The notes under the pieces: model-generated
Seen by the model: the letters and a program-made list of their open reading frames with translations, nothing else
Database searches by the model: none
Told to the model about the DNA's origin: nothing
In this document: piece by piece, positions 1 to 10,000 of the stretch
Layout of the letters: every line of letters begins with the position of its first letter
Position numbering within the stretch: the stretch's first letter is position 1
Program-made: the position numbers and the translations under genes
Source: Pirellulales bacterium
Lineage (GTDB): Bacteria; Planctomycetota; Planctomycetia; Pirellulales; UBA1268
DNA: 64,000 nt
Assembly: GCA_040397545.1 (NCBI GenBank)
Contig: JBBAVV010000003.1
Coordinates: 68,321-132,320, forward strand
Reading direction: 5' to 3'

Positions 1-1
1 G

Positions 2-211
2 AGCCACCTGACGGTGACGCTCGCCAAGGAAACCTGCGACTGGCTGACGCAGCCGGCGGTCGAGTGGCTCGCCATCAGCGCCCACCGCGCGGTCGAGGCG
101 GAGTTTGACCGCTACATCGCCGCCGGCGATCTGGGGCGGACGCTCGAGCGACTGGCCCGGGAACAGGCCGACAGCGACGCCGCCGGCGGATTCCTCGGGA
201 TGAATCTGTAA
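2..211 (+). CDS. 3' end of an unidentified protein (partial; continues upstream of the window)
   Basis: The frame is open from base 2 to TAA at 209-211, with GC3-rich codons like the neighbouring genes. No family is recognisable from the ~69 C-terminal residues. Confidence 0.4.
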   Translation, partial: SHLTVTLAKETCDWLTQPAVEWLAISAHRAVEAEFDRYIAAGDLGRTLERLAREQADSDAAGGFLGMNL

Positions 212-216
212 AGAGC

Positions 217-309
217 GCGGACGAAGCCATCCCTGGCCTTCGTCCGCTTCGTCGAACGGAGCAAACGCCGAGGGTTTGCTGGTTCGACGGCCGCCGCATC
301 CGGCGGCGG
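217..309. repeat. 93-bp triple-hairpin intergenic element, copy 1
   Basis: Three consecutive hairpins. First: GCGGACGAAG-N11-CTTCGTCCGC. Second: CGTCGAAC..AGCAAAC-GCCGAGG-GTTTGCT..GTTCGACG. Third: GCCGCCG-CATC-CGGCGGC. The element repeats at 341-433 with a single mismatch (G259 vs C383). Confidence 0.9.
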
Positions 310-340
310 TTGCGCGATCGATGGCCTGGAGGCGATCCCT

Positions 341-433
341 GCGGACGAAGCCATCCCTGGCCTTCGTCCGCTTCGTCGAACGCAGCAAACGCCGAGGGTT
401 TGCTGGTTCGACGGCCGCCGCATCCGGCGGCGG
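341..433. repeat. 93-bp triple-hairpin intergenic element, copy 2
   Basis: Direct repeat of 217-309, offset by 124 bp. It ends 1 nt before the stop of the minus-strand aldo/keto reductase. Confidence 0.9.
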
Positions 434-434
434 A

Positions 435-1421
435 TCACCACCGATGGTGGACCAGCGGTCGGATCGCGTCGTCGTAGATCGCCTGGACGGCGGCGATCGT
501 GTGGGCGTCGAGGGGGGGAAGATCAGCGGCTTCGGCGTTGGCCTGTACCTGCTCGGGGCTTCGTCCCCCCGGGATCACGGTCGTGACGGCCTCGAACGAG
601 AGGATCCACTGGAGCGCGAACTGCGTCAGCGTGGCGCCGTCGGGCACGAGGGGGCGGAGCCGTTCGACGGCCTCGAGCCCAGTTTCGTAGTCGACCCCCG
701 AGAACGTCTCTCCGCGGTCGAACATCGCGCCCTCACGGTTGAAGAGGCGGTGATCCCCTTCGGGGAAGGCGCTGGTGCTGGTGAACTTTCCGCACAGCAT
801 TCCACTCGCCAGCGGCACCCGCGCGATGACCGCCACCTTCCGCCTCGCGGCTTGCTCGAAGAACAGCTCCGCGGGCCGGAGCCGGAAGGCGTTGAAGATG
901 ATCTGCACTGACTGGACGTTTGGATACTCGATCGCCTTGAGGGCCTCCTCCACCTTCTCGACGCTGACGCCGTAGAAGCGGATCTTCCCCGCCTTCACGA
1001 GCCCGTCGAGGGCATCGAAGACCTCGGGGCGGTAATAGACCTCCGTCGGCGGGCAGTGGAGCTGGACGAGGTCGAGGCAGTCGACGGCGAGGTTCGTCAG
1101 GCTGCGGTCGACGAAGGCGGCGAGGTTCGCGGCGTTGTAGCCGTCGGGGGTGTGCGGAGAGAGCCGACGGCCGGCCTTCGAAACGACGTAGAAAGGCTCC
1201 GACCGTTCGCGGCGGAGCCGTGCAATCAGGCGTTCGGAGAGGCCGTCGCCGTAGACGTCGGCGGTGTCGAAGAAATTGATGCCGGCGTCGACGGCCGCAT
1301 GGAGGGCTGCCATCGAGGCCTTCTCGTCGGCGCCACCCCACTGGCCACCACCGATGGCCCAGGCGCCAAAGCCGATCTCCGAGACGTTCCAACCGGTGCG
1401 ACCGAAGGTGCGTGTGTTCAT
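435..1421 (-). CDS. aldo/keto reductase family oxidoreductase
   Basis: The translation from MNTRTFGRTGWNVSEIGFGAWAIGG..INFFDTADVYGDGLSE.. is a typical AKR N-terminus and shows full-length similarity. Start chosen at the internal ATG at 1421 rather than the ORF-track start at 1514. Confidence 0.9.
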   Translation of the reverse strand: MNTRTFGRTGWNVSEIGFGAWAIGGGQWGGADEKASMAALHAAVDAGINFFDTADVYGDGLSERLIARLRRERSEPFYVVSKAGRRLSPHTPDGYNAANLAAFVDRSLTNLAVDCLDLVQLHCPPTEVYYRPEVFDALDGLVKAGKIRFYGVSVEKVEEALKAIEYPNVQSVQIIFNAFRLRPAELFFEQAARRKVAVIARVPLASGMLCGKFTSTSAFPEGDHRLFNREGAMFDRGETFSGVDYETGLEAVERLRPLVPDGATLTQFALQWILSFEAVTTVIPGGRSPEQVQANAEAADLPPLDAHTIAAVQAIYDDAIRPLVHHRW

Positions 1422-1500
1422 GGTGGGTGAAGTGTGGCCCGACAGGTGGAGCGGATTCAAGCCGGTGGTATCTTTTTCGCCATGACTGAAGCACAAAATC

Positions 1501-1713
1501 GTGGTCACCGACATTCAGGCCGGCTTCGTCGATACGGGGATGGCGAAGGGGGAGGGGGAGGGGGAGGGGGAGGGGCTGTTTTGGGTGGCACCGGTGGAGA
1601 CGGCGGCTCGGCAGATCGTGGCCGCGATCCGGCGGAAAAGCTCCCATGCCTACGTCACGCGGCGCTGGAGGCTCGTGGCCTGGCTGCTGCGGATTCTCCC
1701 CGACACGTGGTGA
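1501..1713 (+). pseudogene. C-terminal remnant of a short-chain dehydrogenase/reductase (SDR)
   Basis: VTDIQAGFVDTGMAKG..FWVAPVETAARQIVAAIRRKSSHAYVTRRWRLVAWLLRILP matches only the last ~70 residues of classical SDRs. No Rossmann N-terminus lies upstream in frame. The fragment is interrupted by a (GGGGAG)n run encoding GEGEGEGEG. Confidence 0.5.
1548..1575 (+). repeat. G-run tandem repeat (GGGGAG)n; canonical G-quadruplex motif
   Basis: Five runs of 4-5 G separated by single A residues (1548-1552, 1554-1558, 1560-1564, 1566-1570, 1572-1575). Confidence 0.85.
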
Positions 1714-1797
1714 CCAGGGACACCCCACCCAGCGGTGAGGTAGAATCCAATTGGAGCGCTCCCCGTCACACCCGGGTGAGCGCCCGGGGGCGAGGCC

Positions 1798-4236
1798 ATG
1801 GCTGTGACAGGGGCGTGGTGGAGCGGGAGCGCGACGGTCGCCGGGGCGATCGCCGGCGGAGTCTTGTCGCTCTTCCCGGGGTCTTTTCCCCTGGCGTTCG
1901 CAGCGGAATCCGAGCCGGCGGTGGTCGATCCCGGCTTCACGGAATCGATCGCGCCGCTGCTGGCGGCGCGTTGCCTGGGGTGCCACGCGGCCGATGAGGA
2001 GATCAGTGGCGGCCTGCGGCTCGATCTCCGTGACGGTTGGGCCCAGGGGGGGGATTCCGGGCCGGCGATCGTGCCGGGGGAACCGGAGCAGAGTCTTTTG
2101 GTGCGGGCGATCCGCTGGGAGGCCGGGGCGCCGCAGATGCCGCCCGATGGCAAGCTCGCGCCCGAAGAGATCGAGTTGGTGGAGGCTTGGGTGCGCCGCG
2201 GTGCCCACGACCCCCGTGGGGGTTCGGTCGATCCGCGGCCGCGTCTCCTTCCCGGCCAAGCGGAGGGAATGACGGCCGCCGAGGGGCGGCGCTTCTGGAG
2301 TGTCGCGCCCCTCGCCGACCCGACGACCCCCGATGTGGCCGATCCCACCTGGAACCGCACCCCGATCGACCGCTTCATCCGCGCCCGGCTCGATGCCGCC
2401 GGCGTCCGGCCGCAGGCCGAAGCGGCGCCCGAGGTGCTCGTCAGGCGGATCTCCGAGGATCTCATCGGCCTGCCGCCCACGCCGGAGGAGTCCGATGCCT
2501 TCGTCGCTCAGCATGCCCGCGACGCCGACGGCGCGGTGGCAGACCTCGTCGACCACCTCCTCGCCGACCCGGCCTTCGGCGAACGTTTCGGCCGTCACTG
2601 GCTCGATCTCGCCCGCTTCGCCGAATCGAGCGGCGGCGGCCGGACGCTCCTGTTCAAGGATGCCTGGCGCTACCGCGACTGGGTGATCGCCGCCGTGAAC
2701 GCCGACCTCCCCTATGACCGGTTCGTCGTGCCGCAACTCGCGGGGGATCTCCTCGCCGCCGAGGCGACCGACCCGGCCGCGGTCGGGGCCGATCTCGTCG
2801 CCAGTGGCTTCCTCGCTCTCGGCCCCACCAACTATGAGGAGCAGGAGAAAGCCCAGCTCCGCTTCGACATCATCGACGAGCAGCTCGAGACGATCGGGCG
2901 GACCTTTCTCGGGCTCTCGATCGGCTGTTGCCGTTGCCATGACCATCCCTCCGATCCCCTTTCACAGGCCGACTATTACGGGCTCGCCGGCATCTTCGCG
3001 AGCACGAGAACGCTCTTCAACGAGACCGATAACGTCGCCCGGTGGATGACCCGACCGCTGCCCGAGCCGGCGGAGATCGCCTCCCGCCGCGCCGTGATCG
3101 ATGCCCGCGTCGCCCTGCTGACGGCGGAACGCACGAAAGTGAAGAAAGAGATCGCCGACGCACCCTCTGGCGCTGCCACGGCAACGCCCGCCATGGAGCG
3201 CCTGGTGGAGATCGAGGCGGAGCTCGGCCGGCTCGGTGGGGAGCTGCCGCCGCGGCCGACGGCGATGGCCGTGGAGGACCACACCACCCCGGGCGACACG
3301 GCGATCCGTGTCCGCGGGGTCGAGAAGAACCGGGGGCGGGTCGTGCCCCGGGGGTTGCCCGAGGTTTTCGCGACTCACCTCGCCATCCCCGCCGGCTCCA
3401 GCGGCCGGATGGAATTGGCGGCGTGGATCGGGAGCGCGGAGAGCGCGCTTCCGCGGCGCGTGATCGTCAATCGCGTCTGGGGCTGGCTCCTCGGCCGCGG
3501 GATCGTCCCCACCGTCGACAACTTCGGGGCCAGCGGCGAGCCCCCCTCCCACCCGGAGCTCCTCGACTGGCTCGCGCGCCGGTTCGCGGAACAGGGCTCG
3601 CGGCTCAAGCCGCTCGTCCGGGAGATCGTCCTCTCCCGCACCTACCGGCAGGCGGTGGCCCCCCCCTCCGAACCCGATCGTGGGCTGTGGAGCGGGGCCC
3701 TGCGGCGCCGGCTCGATGCCGAGCAGATCCGCGACGGTCTGCTCGCGGCGGCGGGGAGGCTCGATCGAACCGTCGGCGGGCTCTCGATCGTGGGGGCGGG
3801 GGAGATCGACGCCAACGACACCGCCGCGCAGACGATCGAGTATGGCTACGTGTTTGACGACGTCCGCCGCAGCGTCTACACGCCCGCCTTCCGCAACCGC
3901 CGCCCCGTCCTCTTCGAGGCCTTCGATTTTGCCGACATCAACGCCTCCTCTGGGGGCCGTCAGGCGAGCACCGTCGCCGTGCAGGCGCTGTTTCTCGCCA
4001 ACGATCCGTTCGTCGTCGAGGCCTGCCGGGCCGTTGCCGCGCGGGTCCGTGCCGAGGCGGTCAGGGACGATGAGCGGCTCGACAGGGCCTTCCGGCTCCT
4101 CGTCGGGCGCCAGCCATCGGCCGGGGAACGGAGCGCGGCCGTCGACTTCCTCGTCCGCGCCGGGAGTGAACCCGAGGCCTGGGCGGTACTTTGCCAATCG
4201 ATCGTTTCGAGTCCCGATTTCCGCTTTCTCGACTGA
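1798..4236 (+). CDS. PSCyt1/DUF1549(PSCyt2)/DUF1553(PSD1) domain protein
   Basis: N-terminal signal-like segment, then the planctomycete cytochrome-c motif CLGCHAADEE..GGLRLDL. This is followed by DUF1549-type DRFIRARL..LIGLPPTPEESDAFV and a DUF1553-type C-terminus (..CQSIVSSPDFRFLD). Confidence 0.9.
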   Translation: MAVTGAWWSGSATVAGAIAGGVLSLFPGSFPLAFAAESEPAVVDPGFTESIAPLLAARCLGCHAADEEISGGLRLDLRDGWAQGGDSGPAIVPGEPEQSLLVRAIRWEAGAPQMPPDGKLAPEEIELVEAWVRRGAHDPRGGSVDPRPRLLPGQAEGMTAAEGRRFWSVAPLADPTTPDVADPTWNRTPIDRFIRARLDAAGVRPQAEAAPEVLVRRISEDLIGLPPTPEESDAFVAQHARDADGAVADLVDHLLADPAFGERFGRHWLDLARFAESSGGGRTLLFKDAWRYRDWVIAAVNADLPYDRFVVPQLAGDLLAAEATDPAAVGADLVASGFLALGPTNYEEQEKAQLRFDIIDEQLETIGRTFLGLSIGCCRCHDHPSDPLSQADYYGLAGIFASTRTLFNETDNVARWMTRPLPEPAEIASRRAVIDARVALLTAERTKVKKEIADAPSGAATATPAMERLVEIEAELGRLGGELPPRPTAMAVEDHTTPGDTAIRVRGVEKNRGRVVPRGLPEVFATHLAIPAGSSGRMELAAWIGSAESALPRRVIVNRVWGWLLGRGIVPTVDNFGASGEPPSHPELLDWLARRFAEQGSRLKPLVREIVLSRTYRQAVAPPSEPDRGLWSGALRRRLDAEQIRDGLLAAAGRLDRTVGGLSIVGAGEIDANDTAAQTIEYGYVFDDVRRSVYTPAFRNRRPVLFEAFDFADINASSGGRQASTVAVQALFLANDPFVVEACRAVAARVRAEAVRDDERLDRAFRLLVGRQPSAGERSAAVDFLVRAGSEPEAWAVLCQSIVSSPDFRFLD

Positions 4237-4246
4237 AGCTCCCCCC

Positions 4247-5665
4247 ATGTTTTCCACCATCGTCCCAGCGGGAATCACCTGGTCGCGGCGCGCGGCTCTG
4301 GCCCGCGCCGGATGCGGGTTCGGGGCAGTCGCCTGGGCCGGCTTGCACGCCGGCACAGCCCCCGCGGCGAGTGGCCCCCATCTTCCGCGGCGCGCCAAGC
4401 GGATGATTTTCCTCTTCATGGCCGGCGGCGTGAGCCAGGTCGACAGCTTCGATCCCAAGCCGCGGCTCACGACCGAAGACGGCAAGCAGATGCCGTTTGG
4501 CGACCTCCGCAGCCTCGCCAAGACGGGGAAGAGCCCGCCGCAGCGAGTCATGAAGCCGCTGTGGAAGTTTTCTCGGCGCGGGGAGAGCGGCCTTTGGGTC
4601 TCCGATCTCTTTCCGGAGATCGCGGGGATCGCCGACGATCTGTGCGTCGTCCGCAGCCTCCACACCGAGGGGATTGCCCACGGTCCAGCGACGCTCTTCC
4701 TCCACTGCGGTGCCACCACGGCGGTGCGCCCATCGCTCGGAGCCTGGCTCGACTACGGGCTCGGGACGGAGAACACCGACCTCCCCGGCTTCGTCAGCCT
4801 CTCGCCGAGTCTGGGCAACGGTGGCCCGCGGAACCACGGCACCGCCTTCCTCCCGCCGATCCACCAGGGCACTCCCATCGGGCGTGCCGGTCTGCCGGCC
4901 CGCGAGAGCGGCATCCGCAATCTCGTGTCGCCGCGCGGCGGGCCCCTGGCGGCGGCCGGCCGCGGGCTGCTCGCCGGGATCGGCGCCGCCCAGGCTGCGG
5001 CCCGCCCCGGCGATGCCGAGCTCGAGGCGGTGATCGCCGCCGGCGAACTGGCGGCGCGGATGGAGTCCGTGGCGCCGGGCGTCCTCGATCCCGCCGGCGA
5101 AACGGCCGAGACGCTCGCCCTCTACGGGATCGACGGCGGGCCGGCCGACAACTTCGGCCGCCAGTGCCTCCTCGCCCGCCGTCTGTGCGAGGCCGGTGTG
5201 CGCTTCGTGCAGGTCAACTATACCGACAACTCCAACAACCCGGCCTGGGACCAGCATTCCGACATGCCCAAGCATGCCCTCCACGCCCGCGCCACCGACC
5301 GGCCTGTGGCGGCGCTGGTCCGCGATCTGAAGCGGCGCGGGCTGCTTGATGACACGATCGTCTGGTGGGGGAGCGAGTTCGGCCGCACGCCATACGCCCA
5401 GGAGAATGGCACCGGCCGCGACCACAATCCCGCCGGGTTCAGCGTCTGGCTTGCCGGGGGCGGCTTCCGGGCCGGTCATGCCCACGGTGCGACCGACGAC
5501 TTCGGCCACCATGCCGTCGTCGACCGGGTTCACATGCACGATCTCCACGCCACGCTCCTGGCCGCGCTCGGGCTGGACCACACCCGGCTCACCTTTCGGC
5601 ACGCCGGGCGCGACCACCGCCTTACCGACGTCGCCGGCCGGGTCGAGGGACGGCTGTTTGCCTAA
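4247..5665 (+). CDS. DUF1501 domain protein (sulfatase-like, Tat signal)
   Basis: MFSTIVPAGITWSRRAALARAG.. is a twin-arginine signal. KRMIFLFMAGGVSQVDSFDPKP and ..WWGSEFGRTPYAQ..GRDHNP are typical DUF1501 motifs. The ATG lies 10 nt after the stop of the upstream DUF1553 gene. The ORF-track start at 3680 is an artefactual extension. Confidence 0.9.
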   Translation: MFSTIVPAGITWSRRAALARAGCGFGAVAWAGLHAGTAPAASGPHLPRRAKRMIFLFMAGGVSQVDSFDPKPRLTTEDGKQMPFGDLRSLAKTGKSPPQRVMKPLWKFSRRGESGLWVSDLFPEIAGIADDLCVVRSLHTEGIAHGPATLFLHCGATTAVRPSLGAWLDYGLGTENTDLPGFVSLSPSLGNGGPRNHGTAFLPPIHQGTPIGRAGLPARESGIRNLVSPRGGPLAAAGRGLLAGIGAAQAAARPGDAELEAVIAAGELAARMESVAPGVLDPAGETAETLALYGIDGGPADNFGRQCLLARRLCEAGVRFVQVNYTDNSNNPAWDQHSDMPKHALHARATDRPVAALVRDLKRRGLLDDTIVWWGSEFGRTPYAQENGTGRDHNPAGFSVWLAGGGFRAGHAHGATDDFGHHAVVDRVHMHDLHATLLAALGLDHTRLTFRHAGRDHRLTDVAGRVEGRLFA

Positions 5666-5713
5666 CGGTGGGCCTGCACCTCGGCGGCATCGAGAGGCCG
5701 CGGGGCAGGTCGG

Positions 5714-7096
5714 TCAGGGAAGGGCCTCGAGATCGATCGCCGGCCGTTTTGCCGGCGGCGGATCGAGGGTGAATACGCTGCCGAGCTTCACCGGCGGCGA
5801 GAAGAACCCGCAGTTCCGGAGGAAAAAGCCATCCCCTTCGATCCCCCCGGCGAAATCGAGGCGGTGGCCACCGGAGGCCGTGGCATCGCCGGTGAACCTC
5901 GCCGTGCTGATCGGGTGCCAGGTGCCCTCGGTGTCGCGCACCCATTGGTTCGCGTAGCGTGCCCGACGGCCGACGTTGCCGGTCGTGTCGAGGAAATTCT
6001 CGAGGAAGGAATGGAAGCCCGTCAGGTGGCGATCGGTCCGTGGGCGGCGGAACGAGGCGATCAACCGCCACGCATCCCCTTCGCCGAACCATGACGTGTA
6101 GGTTGTCGTCCCGTCGCCGGCCGGTTCGACGCGCGTCAGGAAGCGGTAGGGGAGGCCGGCCTTCCAGGGATGGACGAGGAAACTCTGCCCGCCGCTCCCC
6201 TCGTTGCCGAATTCACCCGTCCGCACCCCCTCCCCCTTGCGGAGCAGGGCGACGCGGTCGGCCTCTGGTACCTTCGTCGGATCGTCGGTCGTGAACGGGC
6301 TCCAGACGGAGAACAGCACACGCCGCTCCGCCGGGCCGTTGACCTGCATGCCGAAGTAACCCTCCCCGAACCCATTGGCCATGAAGAAGCTGCCGAGGGC
6401 ATCCTCCCCCTCGGGGACGGTCACCTCACCGTAGGCGTACTCGATTTCCTTCTCGGCCGGGAGCGAGTAACCAAGGTGGACCGAGGGGCCGCGACGGCCC
6501 CAGTAAAACATGGCGCCATCGTTGGTCGTGACGGCGGTCACGACGAGCTCGGGCGTCTCCGAGCGGATCCGCAGGACAGGGGCGCTTGCGAATGCCCCCC
6601 CCTCGCGGCGCACCCCCCGGATCTCGGCCTTGACGTAGCCCGGGCCAACAAGGGGAAAGGTCCCGAACGGGGCGCTTCCGCGATCGTTGCCGGAAAGTTC
6701 GGCGGTGACGGCGGTGTCGCCGATCGTCAGTTCCACTTCGGCTCGGCCGCCGGTTTCCGCCGAGACCAGTTCCACCGCGGCATCGGCCGACCGATCGATG
6801 TGGAACCAGACGCTCCAGGTCGTCTCCGGATCGTGCCAGCGGACCTCCGCTCCACCGCGCTCGAGACCGTCATTCGAGCCGGGCTTCGACGCCACTTCGT
6901 AGGCGTTCCCCCCGAACGGCACCGTCCATTCCGCGCCGTCGGCCGCCCGCGGATCGCCCCCCTGGCCGAGGAGCGGCGTGAGGGTGCACAGCCAGGCGAC
7001 GATGAGCCATCGACCGGCACAACGGCTCTGCAGGCCGCACCGGCGTGTCCTGGCATGGCGATCCTGGGGCTTCTGCACGGGGCAAACACGCTCCAT
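5714..7096 (-). CDS. DUF3472 (with DUF5077-like N-terminus) domain protein, secreted
   Basis: The core GYFGMQVNGPAERRVLFSVWSPF..GEFGNEGSGGQSFLVHPWKAG..TGFHSFLENF matches the DUF3472 family. A signal-like segment RWLIVAWLCTLTPLLG is present. Start chosen at the ATG at 7096, 1 nt after the upstream stop; ATGs at 7111 and 7156 are alternatives. Confidence 0.75.
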   Translation of the reverse strand: MERVCPVQKPQDRHARTRRCGLQSRCAGRWLIVAWLCTLTPLLGQGGDPRAADGAEWTVPFGGNAYEVASKPGSNDGLERGGAEVRWHDPETTWSVWFHIDRSADAAVELVSAETGGRAEVELTIGDTAVTAELSGNDRGSAPFGTFPLVGPGYVKAEIRGVRREGGAFASAPVLRIRSETPELVVTAVTTNDGAMFYWGRRGPSVHLGYSLPAEKEIEYAYGEVTVPEGEDALGSFFMANGFGEGYFGMQVNGPAERRVLFSVWSPFTTDDPTKVPEADRVALLRKGEGVRTGEFGNEGSGGQSFLVHPWKAGLPYRFLTRVEPAGDGTTTYTSWFGEGDAWRLIASFRRPRTDRHLTGFHSFLENFLDTTGNVGRRARYANQWVRDTEGTWHPISTARFTGDATASGGHRLDFAGGIEGDGFFLRNCGFFSPPVKLGSVFTLDPPPAKRPAIDLEALP

Positions 7097-7097
7097 G

Positions 7098-10000
7098 TCA
7101 GCTTTTTCCATCGGCGGAAGCGAGGAACGATTCCACCCGCTCCTGTCGCGTGGCATCGTCGGGGGTGAGGCGTTCCCGGCCGAGCCCGAGCGCTTTGGCC
7201 TGCGCCAATGAATCGCTGGCTGCTTTGAGGTCGGTGAGCTCGGCCTGGATCGTGGCGAGATGGAGGAGCTTGAGCGGGGACGGGGAGAGAACGGCGTCGT
7301 TCATGTCCTCGAGGGCGAGGATCGTCTGTCCCTTGGCGAGGCGGATGAGCGCCCGGGTGTCGAGGATGTCGGGGAGGGGGCCGAGCTCACGGATCGCCCG
7401 CTCGACGAGCTCGAGCGCCTCGTCGGCCGTTTCCGGGCGGGCGAGGATCCAGGCGAGATTGGCCGCCACGATACCGGCCTGAACATCCCCCAGGCCCTCG
7501 GTGGCAAGGAGTTGGCGGTAGTCCTGCTCCGCCTCGGCGATCCGGCCGAGGGCTTCCTTGGCGATCGCGGCCTGGAGCGCGATCTCGGGGGAGCCTGGAT
7601 TCTCGCGCTGGATCGCCTCGATCGAGCCGGCGACGAGGTCTTCGATCGCCGGGTCGCATGCTGTCTGTGCGTGCCGCAGGATCACCGCCAAGGCTTCGAG
7701 GTACATCGTCGGCGACACCTTGCCGCGGATCGTCTCCAGCATCTCCACCGCCTCCGTGGTGCGGTGTTGACGTCCCACTGACATCGCCCGCATCGCCACC
7801 CCCTGCGGTGACATCGAGGCGTAGCGCTCGAGCATCCCGTCGGCGGCTTCGGGGAAACCGAGGTCGGCCGCGACCCGAGCCGCCGAAAGCTGGCGGGGGG
7901 CATTTTGCGCGGTCAGGGTCTGATCGTCGAAGAGCTTCGCCACCACGCGGGCCGCCCGGTCGCGCTCCCCCTCGGCGAGGGCCAGCTTCGCCTCGAGGCT
8001 GACCGTCGTCAGGAGATCGGGGGACAATTCCTTGAGGCGCCGGAGCCATGAATTCGCCTCCGTGAAATCGCGATCGTTGGTGAGCAGCTCGACGATCGAG
8101 CTGACGACGGCCGTGCTCGTTTCAGTGGAGATCGCGATCGCCCTGAGATCGTCGCGGGCCTTCGTCCGATTCCCGACCAGCGACTGGATCCGGGCCAGGC
8201 TGATCCGTTCGTCGACGGTCAGCGGGCGACGTTTGGCGAGAGTCTCGAACAGGCTCTGGGCCCTGCGCCAACTGGCCGGGTCACTCCTGCCGATCAGGAA
8301 GCTGATCGACAGCGCGATGTCCTCGGAATACTGGAGCCCTGCCTCGTCGACGTTCTTCCCCAGGATCTCGATCGCCTGCTGGAGATCGACGTAGCGCGGG
8401 CTGGAGGCCAACTGCGAGGCGAGGACACGCCTGGCCCAAGCGACCGTCGGGGTTCCCGGGGCCGATTCCAGCCCTATGATCCGCCGCAGCTCCGCCCCGG
8501 CCTCGGCGGGGCGATTTCGCCGCAGGAGGAGGTCGACGAGATGTCGGGCAGCGACGAGATCTTCGGGAGCCTTCTCGACCGCCTCCCGGGCGGCGCGTTC
8601 GGTCGCCTCCGGGGAACCGATCGTTTCGTCAACGGCGGCCTCGAACCGTTCCCGACTTGGACCCTCGAGCTTCGAAAGCGCCAGGCTGGCCGTCTCGGTC
8701 GCCCGCTCGACCCCTCCGGCGGCAGCCTGCAGCCGGACGAGCGTCAGCCAGGTGTTGGCATCGGTGGGCGCCGCATCGGTCGCCCGGCGGCAGACCGCCT
8801 CGGCCTCCTCCGATCGGCCGCAGTTGGCCAGAAACCGGGCGTACCACACCAGCTGCTGCGGATCGCGGCAATCGTCCGGCGTGAGGGTGGCGCCGATCTG
8901 GAGGGCGATATCGGTCCGGCCCGCGCCGGCGAGGACCTGCGCGCGGATCCGGTCGATGGCCGGGCCCCCCGCATCGCCGAGCGACGCGATCACCGGCGCT
9001 GCCTCGTCAAGGCGACCGGCTACCGAGAGGAGGATGGCCAATCGGCGTCGCGCGAACGGGAGCGTCTCCCCGAGCCCGACCGCGCTGCGGAGGTGGCCAA
9101 TGGCGGCGCTCGGATCCCCCTGGAGCTCGGCGATCGCCGCCAGCATCCGTGGCACCTCCGACCAGCGTGGCCGCTCCTCGCCCGCCTGGACGAGGAGCCC
9201 ACGGGCTTCCTCCAGAATGACGCGATCCTCGGGCTTGAGTGCCACGGTGGGGGTCTCCTCGAAGCTCATCTTCTGCCGCTCAGCGCGGACGCCGACGATC
9301 CGGGAGACGGCGGTTGCCAGCCGAGCGGAGGCGGTGGTCGGCCCGGAAATACGGTTGATCTCGGCGGCCTCGCGGGCGACCTCGTCGACGGCGTCGCGCT
9401 CGGCGGCGATTTCGAGCACGACTTGGCGGATCGCGAGGTCCTTCGGTTGCCGCGCGAGGATCTTTTTGGCGAGACGCTCGGCGTCGGTGACGTTCCCCCG
9501 GCCGATATGGATGGCAATCATTTGGCGGGCACATTGGTCGGCGGCGGGGCCATTGACCCGCCCCATCCGTGCCTCGAGGTCGGTGAGCCAGCCAGCTGCG
9601 TCGGCGGCGGGGGCCGTTGCCGCCAAGCGGGCTTCTGCCTCGAGCACTTCAGCGGTGTCACGGAGCGAATCGGCGGCGCCGGCCAGCCTTGCCCGGGCTT
9701 CGTCGACCCGGCCGGCCGCGACAACGAGAAGGAGGTTTTGGGCGAAGAGCGACGAATTGTCGGGGTGTTCGGCGATCAGGGTTTCAGAGGCGGCGAGGGC
9801 CTCGTCGAGCTTCCCCTTGGCGGCGAGCACGTCGACCCTCATCCGCTCGATCTCGTTCGGATCGACGTCGGGCTTGGCGGCGATCGTATCGACGAGCGCC
9901 TCGACTTTGTCCCATTTGCGGAGCGGCTCGTCGCGCGTGACCTGGTCACGGATGCGGAGTCGGAGGAGCGGCTTCCACAGCGGCGGGTTATCGGCCAACG

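Noticed and set aside
733-2946. 737-aa minus-strand ORF spanning the AKR gene, the intergenic region and the start of the PSCyt gene
   Set aside because: The translation is Arg/Pro/Gly-rich low complexity. It overlaps two confidently assigned genes on either strand and crosses an intergenic region. This is a typical stop-poor shadow frame in high-GC DNA.
3680-4246. Upstream 189 codons of track ORF 3680-5665
   Set aside because: This part overlaps the 3' end of the DUF1553 gene in another frame. The DUF1501 protein begins at ATG 4247 with its Tat signal.
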